NCBI GenBank assembly: GCA_022705745.1
Contig: JAKJDW010000004.1
Location: 3,614 to 67,613 of the forward strand
Reading direction: 5' to 3'
Source: Patescibacteria group bacterium
GTDB taxonomy: Bacteria > Patescibacteriota > Gracilibacteria > Absconditabacterales > Absconditicoccaceae
DNA: 64,000 nucleotides
This document shows positions 25,824-38,215 of this stretch, in pieces. The translations under genes and the position numbers were made by a program. The number at the start of each line of letters is the position of its first letter. Position 1 is the stretch's first letter. The notes under the pieces are model-generated. The model did no database searches. It was given only the letters and a program-made list of their open reading frames with translations, and was not told the DNA's origin.

Positions 25824-28800
25824 TTATAAATTAAATAAATACTCCAAATACTCTTCTTTCAACTGCTGATATTTTTGAACTATCGGTGGCGGAACAAGCT
25901 CATTAATTCTCTGATTCAAAGAACTTGAAACCGTTGATGGATACTGAGATTCATACATCGCTTTGAATTCGTTTGTACTATAAACATTACCGTCAAGCTC
26001 TATCGTAGAATCTCAATTACTTATAGCTTTTTCTATCTGATTTAACAGGTCAAAATAATTTTTTATCTCACTATTGTAATACATCACTCTCCAGTTACTC
26101 TTTAGATATTCCTCAAAAACATCAAAATACTCTTTGTAAAGTTTGTTTTGATTCAATCTCTTTGTAGACAGTTTAGAATAAGGCATGTTTTTACAATAAA
26201 ATTTCTGTCCGCCGTATGTCAAACAAACCTGATTTCAGAAATTCTGTAATTTCGCCGTTTTTAATACGCCAAAATCATCAACAATAATAGATTCCAAAAC
26301 TCAATTGGATACCAAAAACTTTTGTCATTCTGTTGGATGAGGATAACAAAATTTATCAAAAATAATATTTTTGTATCATAGTTCTATGCAGGTTGCCTTG
26401 TTTGGTAACGAAAAATTTCATGTAAGCAAAGTCTCTTGATGTGGGACCAGTATTCAAGCAAGTTTTTTCTTGGTGCTTCAGATTTTCAAGTAAAATCCAT
26501 TAGCCAAATTGATATTTTTTGAATATCATTGTGAAAGTAAAGAAGGATCTGACTCATTTTCATCGTTTGTGGACAAAGAATCTATGGATGAACGAAGTAC
26601 AGAAGGATCAATTGTGTAAAGTAATCGTACCGACTCTCAAAGCGAATCCTTCCCTTTTGGATTTGGGATTAGTCAAGTAATTTTTATGTCTACTCCTGTC
26701 AACTCATTTTCTTCTTTTTCCAAAAGTTTATCCTTCTCTGGATCATAGCTATATGTGGCAAAAATCGTATCTTCATACATCAAAGAAATCGTAGTAGCTT
26801 TAGTGTTTGGGAAGCTAAAAGTTCATCTCAAAGTTTTTGTCTCGTTTGGCGATATTCATCAATAATTTTTCAAGGATTTTTTGGTAGTATTTACCATTAA
26901 ATAAAATCATTCCGAAAACTGAATTGGGAATCATTTATGCATAGTGATTGTAATTTCCTCCTTGTCCTTATCATCTCACTCCGGATCATACAGAACATAG
27001 TCTATGGTAAACTCATAATCATCCAAAATTTTAGTTTCTTCTACAGGACACAATCTTTTTCAAAAACATGGAGAAGCCCGCAATCACAAGCTATTTTGTT
27101 GAGCATATTTTTGAGCTGATTGAAATAATGATTGATATTTATAGTTTTTTCATTTATATGAATACTCTCGTGCATATCAATTTTTAACTAATTTTTCGTT
27201 TATATTTTCTCAGTTCAAAAAAACATATCACACAAACCTATCAAAATCATCTTTTTCTGCTTGCTGAAACGAAATCGTTTTATTTGCGAGTAGGGAATTA
27301 AGATATTCTTTTGCTTCTGGCCCAAAACATTCAACTTTCCCACATCTCAAAGCAGAAGATTCTGGTGCGTCTATTCAAGCAAGTCTGATATTAAACTCCT
27401 GTTCCAGATAAGAAATTTTGATAGTATCTCCATCAATAATGGAAATAACCTTGTATTCTCCGTCTGGAATTTCTTTGATTTTGTTTGGATTGTAAATGTA
27501 TGTGTCCACTATTTGCTGGTTTGAATTGAGAATATGAACAATTACAGGATTTTTGTCTTGGGTACTATTTGGTAAGGTATAATCTCACTTGAAAGTCTGC
27601 TCAGCCCCAAAAGTTAGAATTCATTTTAGACTTTTATTTGTAGCTTTCCCCTCTTTTATATATTGCAAAGTGTATTGTGACAGATCAACCTGTGTTCCAG
27701 TAAGTAGTAATAATGTAATAGTTTCGTTATCTTTATCAGATCAAGGTGGATCATAGTCTATATGTTTTATCTTTATGTTTTTCAAAGAAGCTATATTTCA
27801 GGTGAAAAGTTCTTCTTCCAATTCTTCATCAATCTCTTCTTCATCTATATCTATCCAGAACTCTAATTGGTTTTGGATATTTTCTTCATCTGTTCCACTA
27901 GCTTTGGACATAGAGTTTCTACAGTATCTATCTATAATTTTTCAATCTTTTATCAGATTTATACAATGATCAGTTTTTGTAGGGAATCAGTACTTTCAGA
28001 CAAATGACATAGTCTCTTTGGCGAACAAAGTATTTCATTTTATTGATTTTATTTCCCCATCAAATCATTGAACCTTGTAATCTCTAAGATTAATATCGGA
28101 ATTAGTTTTATTTTTTAATTTCAAAATCTGATAGTTTCAATAATATTTCAAGCTAGATATTTGTATATCTCAGTTGATGGAATCGTTGGTGTTGAATTGG
28201 AATCATTCAGCTTGCGGACAGAATCATCATCAGTTATTTACTTTAATATATTGAACAACTGGCTCCGGAGAAATCTGAATAAATTGGCTTTGTCATATTG
28301 TCATTCATGGCGAAAACTTGTCTACATAATCAAAAACTCCTGCACACTGAATGAGATCAGTTCACATATACAAAGATATTCATTGGGTTCATCAATTTAG
28401 ATAAACTATATCCAACACTTCCAAATCAGCCCCATCTTTTCAATAAACAATGAGCCATCCAGAACTATTTAAAGAAAAATTTGAATCATATAAGGAATCT
28501 CGTCATTCATTATATCGGACATCGGAATCTGTGATGAGAAACCTCTTTCCTAGTTGTAATTCAGTAGAACTGAGTACGATTTCCTGATCCAAAGCAGATC
28601 CTCAAAGTTTTATTTGAGGGTAATCATCCCCTACATCATCCGTAATATTCAGCTCCACATAAGAAGGATAAATTCAGCTTCAATAGTAAACTTCAGAAAT
28701 ATCCAAAATCCAATCCGCATAAAAATCATCGCAATCTATCGGTATATTTAGATCGTTTCCTGTGTTCCCGGGGTCTGGATTGTAAGGATTTTTGTTTAAT

Positions 28801-30155
28801 GTAACATCTATCAAATTCTCTCAAGTGGTGAAATATTTAGTTGGATTTGCTGCAATTCATCGATTAGTATTATAGTATCTGTCAGAATTTAATCCAACTA
28901 CTGTTGTTGTCCAGCTATCTCATGTTCAAATTTTTTCAAAAGAAGTTTTGTAATCTTGATAATAATCCACATAACTTGAATGAACAAAAAAATTATCCAA
29001 AACCTGTCCAGATCGTATTAAATCTAAGTTGAACTCTTCATTTGTGAAATTGATGGAATTAGCTATTGTCTGAATATTTTTTCATGTCTGAAACATCGAA
29101 TAAAGAGAATTTGCAAAAACTTTGGATACTCAGGATGGAATATTTGCAGAAAATGTGAAATTGAGATTCCCAGAAAGACTCAATTCTCCAGAGAATGTAT
29201 CATTTCAAATATTTGTGATTTCAAACCGGTTTTCATCTCAATCAAAGTAGATTTCCGTAGTTTTTAATTGAGGAATATTAGGTTCAGTTCAAGAATATTC
29301 GTTTAAATATTCTAGTTTAAAAGAACCAACTCATAAGTTTCATATTCATTTTTCGTATGTAAGTGTTATTTGTGTGACTGTGTTTGAAACACTAAATATG
29401 ATATTTTTTTCTTTATTTGGTAAGAAATCCGCAAATTCAAAAATAACTTCATCATTTTGATCTGTGAATATTGCTTTTCCGGAAAATACCGATCCTCAAG
29501 GAACAGAACTACCATTTGCTTTTGTTCGAACAGTTGCTTGTGCACCTGTTGTGAGTATGAATTCTGGACTTTTTAGTCGATCTCAAGAAGAATCAAATTT
29601 TAATTTAGGGGCTGTTGATGTATAATCACTACCTAATCAATAGGCTGTTCGTCATGTTGGGAGATTGGCTCTTCCATCCGCAAAAGAAACATCAAAAACA
29701 ATATTACCATTTCATTCTGTCGTCAATTGAGCTACTAGAGGGATAAAATTTTCTTCGCCAAAAATTTCATCGTTCCCAAAATCATCATCCATACAACTCT
29801 CATTGATAATTTCACCATTTGTCGTATCATCCCAAAATCAAGTCTGTTCATTTTGTCATTCTCCAACAAAATATTCTCAATTTAAGTCTGGGTTTTCTAA
29901 ATTGACACCTACGAATAAATTATTGTCTAAAAGCTGTCCAGTCTGTCAACCTTTGGTTATCGGTCACCAGAAATCGTCGTCTGGCTCTGTGTTTTCTAAG
30001 CTTCCTTTATTTTCAAAAAAATCGTCACTTAAGTTTGACGATTCTTGTTGTGGTTCCTTATAGTTTTCTACCTTATCTCATCGAACAAAACTAGAGGAAA
30101 AAACAGATTGAAATAAAATTAAAATAGACAATAATACAGACAAAATTTTTTTCAT
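25824..30155 (-). CDS. Giant secreted nuclease (1443 aa): signal peptide, about 800-aa beta-rich region, SNase (thermonuclease) domain and lamin-tail-like (LTD) repeats
   Basis: The frame is open over 4332 nt under code 25; I walked it codon by codon and saw no TAA or TAG. N-terminus MKKILSVLLSILILFQSVFSSSF. LTD-like IKHIDYDPPGSDKDNETITLLL, IDYVLYDPEGDDKDKEEITIT and ITGLIPNPKGKDSLGESVRLLY. SNase core YKVISIIDGDTIKISYLEQEFNIRLAGIDAPE...CFGPEAKEYL...DDFDRFVGYVFLNGENINEKLVKNGYAREY. Confidence 0.8.
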
Positions 30156-30736
30156 TTCATCTTATTAGTTGATAAATTTAATTTTTTATATTGTTTTGTC
30201 TAACATTGTCAACATTAAAAACATTGTGCTGTTAACTGCGAACAAATTATAAACCACCAACTCAAATAAACCTAATGTATTTGTAATATTTGTAAATCAA
30301 GTATTTGGAAATCAAGCTAGATATCTTTATACCAAAAAAATAACTCTTTTTTTTAAATCTTCTATTGACTTTTTTATTTCTAGATTATCCCTCAATCTCC
30401 TTTCTTTTACTTTAAATCACCCAACTTATTGTGGATGTAAATACAAATTCAAATCTACAAATACAAGGATTTGTATTGAAACAATGAAATAATGCTTGAT
30501 TTAATGAGAGGATAGGGTTGTTCTTTATAGTTATTTCTCAAGTTTATCAGTTCGTTTACCCCCATAGTATTGTGAAGTGGCGCAGACAATGGAGTAGTGG
30601 GAAAATGTAAAAATACTAATCCTTATAGGACTGAAATAACATATCTTTTATCTTGAAAGTAATAAAAGTTTTATTACTATTTGAGTAGTTTGATTCTGTA
30701 TCAAAACACATAGATGGTTTATTTACTATTGAAAAT

Positions 30737-31891
30737 ATGAAAAAAAAACACATAGCTATGGCGGGATGAGGGACATGATGACATGTTTTTCCCATAAAAA
30801 GTTTAATAGAGCATATACACAAAAATCCAAAATATTCTCAAAAAATATCAAAAATCATCCGATTTGGGCAAAAAAAATCTCTGGAAAAAGAACTTTTTGA
30901 TGAACTAAAACAAAAATATCCTTTACTATATTTTCAAAATATAGTGTCTGGAAAGTATCGCAGAGAAACTTGGTTTAGCTCTAAACTGAAAAATGTTCGT
31001 GATATTTTCAAATTTATGTTTGGAATATTTCAATCTATCTTTTATCTTGTTATACACAGAGTTGATGTGGTTTTTTGTAAATGATGATATGTTGCTTTAC
31101 CAGTAGTGTTTGCAGCAAGATTTTTAAGAAAAAAAATTGTTGTCCATGAATCAGATGTTCGTTCTTGACTAGTTAATAAAATAGCAGCAAGATATGCAAA
31201 CAGAGTTTTTACTGGTTTTGATTGAGTTTTTGTAAAATCAACAACAGTTGGACAGATATTGTCAGACGAAATTATCAGTAAACAAAGTATCAAAAATCCA
31301 CCAAAAGTAAGAGATATTTCACAAAAAAATATAGAGTTGACGATACAGGAACAGCTTTTTTATTCTGATCCATCCAAAACCTATTTATTAGTTATGTGAT
31401 GATCTCAATGATCCAAAAGACTTTATCAAGACTTACAAAATACTATTGTCTCAAATCCAGAAATTTTCAAAAATTATGAAATATTTGTTGTTTTGTGAAA
31501 AGAAAATGTTCAACAAAAAGAGCTGTTTGAAAAAATAAAAAATGTTCATACTTTTGATTTCCTTTCTCAGTCGGAGATGTGACTTTTGCTAAAACATTGT
31601 GATATTTCTCTGACTCGTGCTGGCACAACTTCTTTGGCTGAACAAAAATTATATAATCTCAAAATAATCATGGTTCCAATACCTTGGACTCATGACCAAT
31701 ACGATAATGCCAAATATTATGTAAAACATTACGATGATATTTTATTGGATTCAAAGGATCCAGACTACAAAAACAATATGTTGAAAATATTTGACGATTA
31801 TAAGAATTTTAAAAAAAGTGAACAAAATGTTGATATACTTTCGGTGATTTCCAAAGCGAAAGATGTTATTGTAAACGAACTTATAAGTTAA
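30737..31891 (+). CDS. murG: UDP-N-acetylglucosamine--N-acetylmuramyl-(pentapeptide) pyrophosphoryl-undecaprenol GlcNAc transferase
   Basis: 384 aa: MKKKHIAMAGGGTGGHVFPIKSLIEHI...[39 protein letters not shown]...LLVMGGSQGS...ISLTRAGTTSLAEQ. The G-loop GGGTGGH is written GGA TGA GGG ACA TGA TGA CAT (30764-30784). Confidence 0.9.
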
Positions 31892-32340
31892 AAATCTCTA
31901 AAAATATTTTCTATTTTTGATTTAGAATATTCTTCATCATACTTTTTTAAATAAGGTTCTTTTTTTGTTATTTCTTTATCAAATCATACGGAAATTTTTG
32001 AATCATTTCTCAATTCTTCCACCAAATCTCACTCCAATACAGGATCGACTTTTCATAAATCCCTATCTAAAATAATGTCTTGCTCAACTTTTGATTTAAG
32101 ATTTTCACTTTCCTTTTTGGCTAAAAAATAATCATAATCTATTTGCTTATGAATCCAATATTTTTCTGGACTACCCAAAACTTGAGATAATAAAATATCC
32201 CACTGTATAGTGATGTTTCTTTTTCATTTTATTAACTCGTTTAACTCACTACCACTTTTTCATAACATTAATGAAAAATCTTTTTGAGTTAAACCTCTTG
32301 CCCTAATTTCTTCTATTAAAAATTCTCCAGGATGTTTCAT
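31888..32340 (-). CDS. higA: HigA-family XRE/HTH antitoxin-like regulator (no HigB partner seen)
   Basis: 150 aa: MKHPGEFLIEEIRARGLTQKDFSLMLGKSGSELNELIKGKRNITIQWDILLSQVLGSPEKYWIHKQIDYDY.... HigA pattern HPGE.L.EE........dfa..lG.s...l.elI.GKR.IT...a..Ls..lG......W...Q..YD. Its stop overlaps the murG stop (convergent). Confidence 0.8.
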
Positions 32341-32361
32341 TTTTTATTTGCTTATTTCATA

Positions 32362-32541
32362 AATTCTATGAACTAGTGAAATTATACTCAAAAAGATAAA
32401 ATCTGTCAAATTTTTGAACACTTTTTATACAATTCTATGAAACAGTGAAATATATAAAAAAAAATAACAAGGATTCGAAATAAGAAAATGGATCAATAAT
32501 TATATTTTTTAAAATTTTCACTAATTCTACGAATTAGTGAA
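32362..32541 (-). promoter_or_regulatory. higA promoter (TTGACA-17-TATAAT) with three related operator-like repeats
   Basis: On the minus strand, TTGACA is the RC of 32404-32409 and TATAAT the RC of 32381-32386. Direct repeats AATTCTATGAACTAGTGAAAT (32362-32382, overlapping the -10) and AATTCTATGAAACAGTGAAAT (32431-32451). Perfect palindrome TTCACTAATTC-TAC-GAATTAGTGAA (32517-32541). Confidence 0.6.
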
Positions 32542-32661
32542 AAAATTATATAAAGTAGTGAAAAATATTTCACATCGTTTTGAAATTTTAAAATCAAAAA
32601 AATAAGGTTTGATTAAACCCAACTTTTCGTAAGACCGGTCCAAAAAAAGAGTTTTAAAAAA

Positions 32662-33312
32662 TTAAGGAGTTTTTTTTATATTCATTCATATACAAAAAAG
32701 TTGTAATTTTTCTGATCAAGATTTTTTGATATAAATTTTTTCTCCAACTATTGGAAATCATATACTAGACAAATGTGCACGAATTTGGTGTCTAACTCAT
32801 TTTGAAATTTTAACCAACAATGTTGTCGTATTGGTATTTTTGTTATAATACAATTTTTCTACATTTGTGTCAACTTGATGGGTCCTTTTTTTGTCAATTT
32901 TCCCAATTTGCTTTCTATCTAAAAATACAACCATACGATCCTTTGAAAATTTGTGATGTCATATTAGATACGAAATTTTTAGGCTATTGGGGGCAAATTT
33001 TCAGTAGACATCTGCGACATAATATTTTGTTATTTTTCATTTAAACTGTGCTTGTTTATATTTTTCTTTTACTAGAGGAGTTTTTGCGAAGTATAGCAAT
33101 CATGCTGTATCATTATCTAACCTGTTTAATAATCAATATTCTTGTTCTTTTCCAAACATATCGTCTAAATAAAATAATATTGATTTGATGTACTGATCTT
33201 TTGATTCTAATAAAAAATCTAAAAAACATTTTTCTTTTCAAAAAGTGCTTGGAATACTGTGAGGTTTCCAAAAATAATAAAAAAAACTATCTTCATAAAC
33301 TGTTATTTTCAT
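32662..33312 (-). CDS. RluA-family pseudouridine synthase
   Basis: 216 aa: MKITVYEDSFFYYFWKPHSIPSTFGKEK...EYGLLNRLDNDTAGLLYFAKTPLVKEKYKQAQFKGKITKYYVADVYG...TLLVKISKGVRHQIRAHLSSIGFPIVGEKIY. Motifs RLD.DT.GLL.FAK and HQIR.HL...G.PI.G. Confidence 0.8.
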
Positions 33313-33324
33313 CAACTCTCTTCA

Positions 33325-33445
33325 TCAGGAAGCGTAAAGTTGTAAGATTAATAAAGTGAGAAAGTTTGTAAAGTTTATAACTTGTAACTTGATAAACTTG
33401 TAACTTTCAACTTGTAACTTGATAAACTTATTACTTTATGAACTA
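33325..33445. repeat. AT-rich word-repeat cluster (GTTTGTAAAGTT / CTTGTAACTT / GATAAACTT)
   Basis: gcgtaaagttgtaagattaataaagtgagaaagtttgtaaagtttataacttgtaacttgataaacttgtaactttcaacttgtaacttgataaacttattactttatgaac. Confidence 0.85.
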
Positions 33446-33446
33446 A

Positions 33447-34466
33447 CTAGAATTTTCCTTTTTCTTTTTTATATTTACCCAAAAGTATATAAACCAAGGA
33501 GGTAGCTATAAATATTGAAGCGAAGGTAGCTGATATAATTCCAACTCATATAGTAAACGCGAAATGTTTCATTATCCCTGTTCCAAAAACAAACATCGCT
33601 ATTACTATTAATAATGTAGAAAAAGATGTTCACACAGATCTTTTCATAGTTTGCCAAATACTGTCTTCAAACACTCTTCAATAAATGACATCTTTTCATG
33701 TTCATTTATTTTGTAAATTTTCCCTAACCCTATCAAAAATTATTATCGTATCGTTGATTCAATATCCCATAATAGTCAAAATAGCGATAATAAATATTGA
33801 GTCTATTTGTATTGTGTTATTAAGCCACATCCACACCCCATAAGCTCATGCTGGTATCGCAACATCAAAAATCATGGTAATAGCAACAACCAGTCATAAT
33901 ATTGATGGAGATACATAGTTTCTGATAGCTGAAAAAGAAAACAACATATAAATTACAATAAATATTACTCATACTATAAGTGCTGTGATAGCTGACTTTT
34001 GCATATAAGAGCCAACACTTGGTCATGTGATTGTTTGTTCTATTATCTCATCTGTAGATGAAATTAAATTATTTTCCAATAAATATTGTTTTATTTCATC
34101 TGACAATTCTGCTACCTTTTCATCTGTATCTACTTTTGTATTTATTTTGAATGTTGTAGTATTTTCTATTGTTTCCAAAGAAACCCTTAAATCTTTATAC
34201 TGATGGCCCAACAAATACTGTTTTAGACTTTCCTGTTCTTTTTGATTGTCTAGTATTTTGTCTATTCATAAACTTATTCATCCAGTAAACTCTTCTGAAT
34301 ATCTAGCATTAGAAAAGAAGAAAAAAATTGAAGCTAAAAATAAAATAATAGAAATCGCTATCCAAATGGGAGCTTTTTTGATAATATTAAACCTTGCTTT
34401 CATGTTAAAATTATAAAATTTAAAATTTGTTATCGTAATATTTAAGTATTTATCAAAAAAATTCAA
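33447..34466 (-). CDS. secF: Protein translocase subunit SecF (probable true start at 34403)
   Basis: ...MKARFNIIKKAPIWIAISIILFLASIFFFFSNARYSEEFTGG...TITGPSVGSYMQKSAITALIVGVIFIVIYMLFSF...AITMIFDVAIPAGAYGVWMW...IIAILTIMGYGINDTIIIFDRVRENL...RSVGTSFSTLLIVIAMFVFGTG. Confidence 0.85.
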
Positions 34467-34469
34467 TGG

Positions 34470-34715
34470 GAAAAAGTATTAAGTGGGAAGTCCATCAAGT
34501 AACAAGTTTATAAAGTTACAAGTCGATGACTATTCCTCTTAAAAAAGAGGGCTAAAACTTTATTAAAAAAATTCTTCCCTTGGGGGAAGCTGTTCTGATG
34601 TAGTTGGGGGTATTACCCCCACCTAGTCCCTCATAAATTCGGGACGCCACAACCTCCCCAAGGGGAGGGATTTTATCTTAAGTCTTATGCACTTTGAACT
34701 TTTAACTTTAAGAAC
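34470..34715. repeat. Composite cluster R12 (AT word repeats flanking GC modules)
   Basis: caagtaacaagtttataaagttacaag, cctcttaaaaaagagg, cttcccttgggggaagctgttctgatGTAGttgggggtattacccccacctag, tccctcataaattcggga, cctccccaaggggagg, gcactttgaacttttaactttaagaactt. Confidence 0.9.
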
Positions 34716-34720
34716 TTATT

Positions 34721-35446
34721 TTAAGCTTTTATAGATTCATAAAAATTTTGGGCAGCATCTTCTTGTGCTTTTTTCTTATTAGTACCAAATCATTCTGCTT
34801 TTTTGACTCATAGGACATATATTTCCGCCTTGTAAGTTAAAACATTTCATTTAGAATCAATCTCATGCTCAATATCTTTGTAAGATGGTAATTCTTTGTA
34901 TAGTTTTTGAAGGTGCTCTTGTACCATAGTTTTGTAACTTTGTATGGGTTTTTTGCTTATTTTGTTATACATTGTATATACATTTTTTTCTACAAAAACT
35001 TCTGCTTGAGCGTAACCAAAGTCCAAAAACACGAATCATATCAAAGCCTCCAAAGCGTCTGCCAAAATAGCATCTTTTTTTCTTCATTGCGTTTTTTCTT
35101 CTCATCTACTCACAAGAATATGTTTGTCTAAATTAATATTTCTAGCAACCTGTGCCAAGTTTCCTTCTCTAACTAATGCTATCTTATATAAAGTCATCTC
35201 AGATTCGTCCATCTTGGGATGTTTTTGGAATAACAATTTACATACAATCGCTCACAAAACTCAATCTCACACAAATTCTAATCTTTCATTATGTCATAAT
35301 ATTTTTTTGAAATCAGCAGCAAAAGATTTATGCACGAAAGCTTGTAATAATAAACCTTCGTTTTTTATTTTTGATGGATCCAATCATAGTTCTTTTATGT
35401 ACGAATATATTTTTTCTTTTTGTTCTAGTACTTTTTTATTAAGCAT
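34721..35446 (-). CDS. rnc: Ribonuclease III
   Basis: 241 aa: ...LLLQAFVHKSFAADFKKILGHNERLEFVGDGVLGAIVCKLLFQKHPKMDESEMTLYKIALVREGNLAQVARNINLDKHILVSRGEEKTQGRKKDAILADALEALIGFVFLD...KTMVQEHLQK. Signature ERLEFVGD. Confidence 0.9.
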
Positions 35447-35470
35447 TATTGTTGCAAAAAAATTAAAAAA

Positions 35471-36907
35471 TTATCTTTCGTAACTAAACGGCGTGTTGGC
35501 TGTATAAGAAATAAAATCGTTTCAAATAATTAACTCCATGTCATAATTGAGTTCTTCTCATGTAATAAATTGATTTTCTCATTTTTCAACGACATTTACT
35601 GGGAAAAAATATTGTAATGTGTCTATCGTCTTTGAATAATTTTGATCTCAGTATGTGACAACTTTTGTTTGTTCTATCGTTCAAGAATGATTTTCAATTC
35701 ATGCAAGATTAAATCAGTATTTTTTTAATTTTACTGCTATTTTATTGGCTCGTCCCGTTGGGGAAAGTCTGTGTTGTGAAGCAAAGTTTTTGTCTATAGC
35801 ATTTTTTATTAAAATTCTTGGATTTTCGACTAGATATCAATTATTGTGGGTTACAAAAAAAGTAAATCTTTGAATATAATCATAAAAAGAAATATTGTTG
35901 GATTTTGCTCCGTTTGGTACCATAACTGCTTGTCCACCAAAAGCCTCTCTGTTCCCATTGTAAAGAAAACATCCAGCATCTGTGAGTTTGTAAGAAGAAT
36001 AAGTACAATATGTGTTTAATCAAAAACTAAAAATATGTTTAAAATCGTAAATATATCTGAACATTCCCACCATTTCTTTTGAAGATATATTTGTATAAAC
36101 CATCCTAGTATAGGTAGAATACATTTCTTTTAGTTTTCAAACATTTGTTATGTTTTTTCTCTGTAAGGCTGTATCAATCACCGCTTTTATCACATTTTGC
36201 TGTCTTTGAGATCTGGCAAAATCTGATGTAGTGTGTCTAGATCTAACATATTTGAGTGCTGTATCTCAATCTAAAGTTTGTTGTCATGCAGAGATATGGA
36301 ATGTTTGATATCATAAATTATCATCTGGGTATGTAATATCGTGTATTGTGTTTTCGATATAAATATCTATTCATCATAAAGTGTCCACTATTTCTTTGAA
36401 TCATTGAAAATCCGCTACTAGATAATATGGAATTTCTAGTCACAAAATTTCTTCTACTTTTGCAATAAGATTTTCTGCTCCAGATCATATATTATTTCAT
36501 CCGCGACTATATCCACGGGCAAACAGACCGTTTATTCTTCATAAATATCAAGAAGAATTGACATACAAGTCTCTTGGAATAGATATCATCGTAACGGCTC
36601 ATAATTCCGGATTTCGTGAGGTTGCTATCATAGAATCTGCCAAATATCATCAATGGTGATCATCTCATCAAATTCAAACCAACATAATATTTACATTACC
36701 AAACTCATCTCTACGCATTTCTTGTCAAAGATTGGAACTAACTGTTTTAACGGTAGACTTTCACAATGAGCCCAAAAGCACATGTCCACCATGAATTAAG
36801 TTTTTTCAAAAAAATATTATCAGAGACAAACATATTAAAAAAACGATGTATTTTAATATTTTTGAAAAAATTTTGTTTTGTTTGGAATCTGTTTCATGTA
36901 TTTCTCA
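35471..36907 (-). CDS. LytR-CpsA-Psr (LCP) family cell-envelope phosphotransferase
   Basis: 478 aa: MRNTGNRFQTKQNFFKNIKIHRFLICLSLIIFFG... (N-terminal TM) ...NVNIMLVGIGGDDHHGGYLADSMIATSRNPELGAVTMISIPRDLYVNSS...INGLFARGY...IPYYLVADFQGFKEIVDTLGGIDIYIE...DGDTALKYVRSRHTTSDFARSQRQQ. Confidence 0.8.
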
Positions 36908-36950
36908 TACTTTTGATTGTTTAAACTTTGCTCACATAAGTTAACTATTA

Positions 36951-38117
36951 TTTATTTATAAAAATATCCCCCGTAGATAATATATGATTCAAAGAAAAGC
37001 TATCTCACAATATTTGCTTTAACATAATATATGAATCTGGTTTTTTGAAAACAAATCAAAAATCTTCTATTATTTTTTGTTCGGCCTTTATGTTTATTTT
37101 TATGTTTTTTTCAAGATCTGTTCAATAAATGAATTTATTGGAAACCTCTATGTTTCCATTTATAATATTTTTAATAAAATTTTCTGACTTTTTATTTATT
37201 ATATTTATATTTAAACTTATCATATCTTGATAATTAGCTAATTGTTTTAGCTGAAACTTACATTGGCTTTTATGAAAACTTAAAGAAACTGCATAAGTTG
37301 TTCATTCCTTTTCTGGAATTTTTATGACTAAATCGCTATTTTTGTCGTCAATGTTTCATTTTATAGTATAGTTTTTGTCATTATAATAAAGTTCTAAGTT
37401 TTCTATTTTTAATTCTATGTCTGAGTCAGATTTAATAATCAAAAGTCATTCAAAAAAATTAATTTTAAAATTTGTGTTATCTGAAATGTAATCAACAACA
37501 TCTTGCTCAATTTTTATTTTATATGCAAAAAATCAATTATATTTAAGCTCATTTATTGGATAAAAAATATTTGATGCTAAAATCGTTTGTAATAAAAAAC
37601 TAAAATCTTTGTAAAAATTTGTATTACTTTTTTCCTTTAAATCTAAGAACATTCGTTTGTTTTCTAGTTTTTTAGAAATTAGTAACAATAGATTGTTTTG
37701 ATAGTTCCCTGAGCCTAAATCTATAAAAAAATCCTGCAAATTAATATATCTTTCATTCTCTATGTTTTTGTAAGCTATATTCCCTGAAAGATTTAATATG
37801 TTTTTTTCTTTTTTATCTAAAAAGTGTAGTGAGATTTGGTTGTGTAAATCTTGTTTGTTAGCTAAATAATTTGTATAGGCATTTAATTCTATGTTTGAGT
37901 TGAGTAGAAAATCAGCATTTTCTCAGTCTATTTCCAACTTAGTTTGAGTTTCTTTTTGTCAGCTAAATCATAAATCATTGATACTGTTTAAGATATAACT
38001 AATTTGTTGTGTAAAAACAGAGATAGCTTGATTAAAATCCATCTCCAAGTACATATTTTTTTGACAAGCAGACAAAATTATGACTGGAAAAAGAAGTATT
38101 ATAAAATATTTTTTCAT
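36951..38117 (-). CDS. Hypothetical lipoprotein (388 aa)
   Basis: MKKYFIILLFPVIILSACQKNMYLEMDF... (lipobox LSAC). Asn/Lys/Ile-rich with no recognised domain. I walked the frame codon by codon from 37535 to the TAA at 36951. Confidence 0.65.
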
Positions 38118-38215
38118 ATTATTTATGAAATTATTGTTAAATGTGGTTTGTTTATATTTAATTTTTGATTACTTTCAACAGTAAAGATTTGAAGGAGCAA
38201 AGAAAGTAAAACTTA

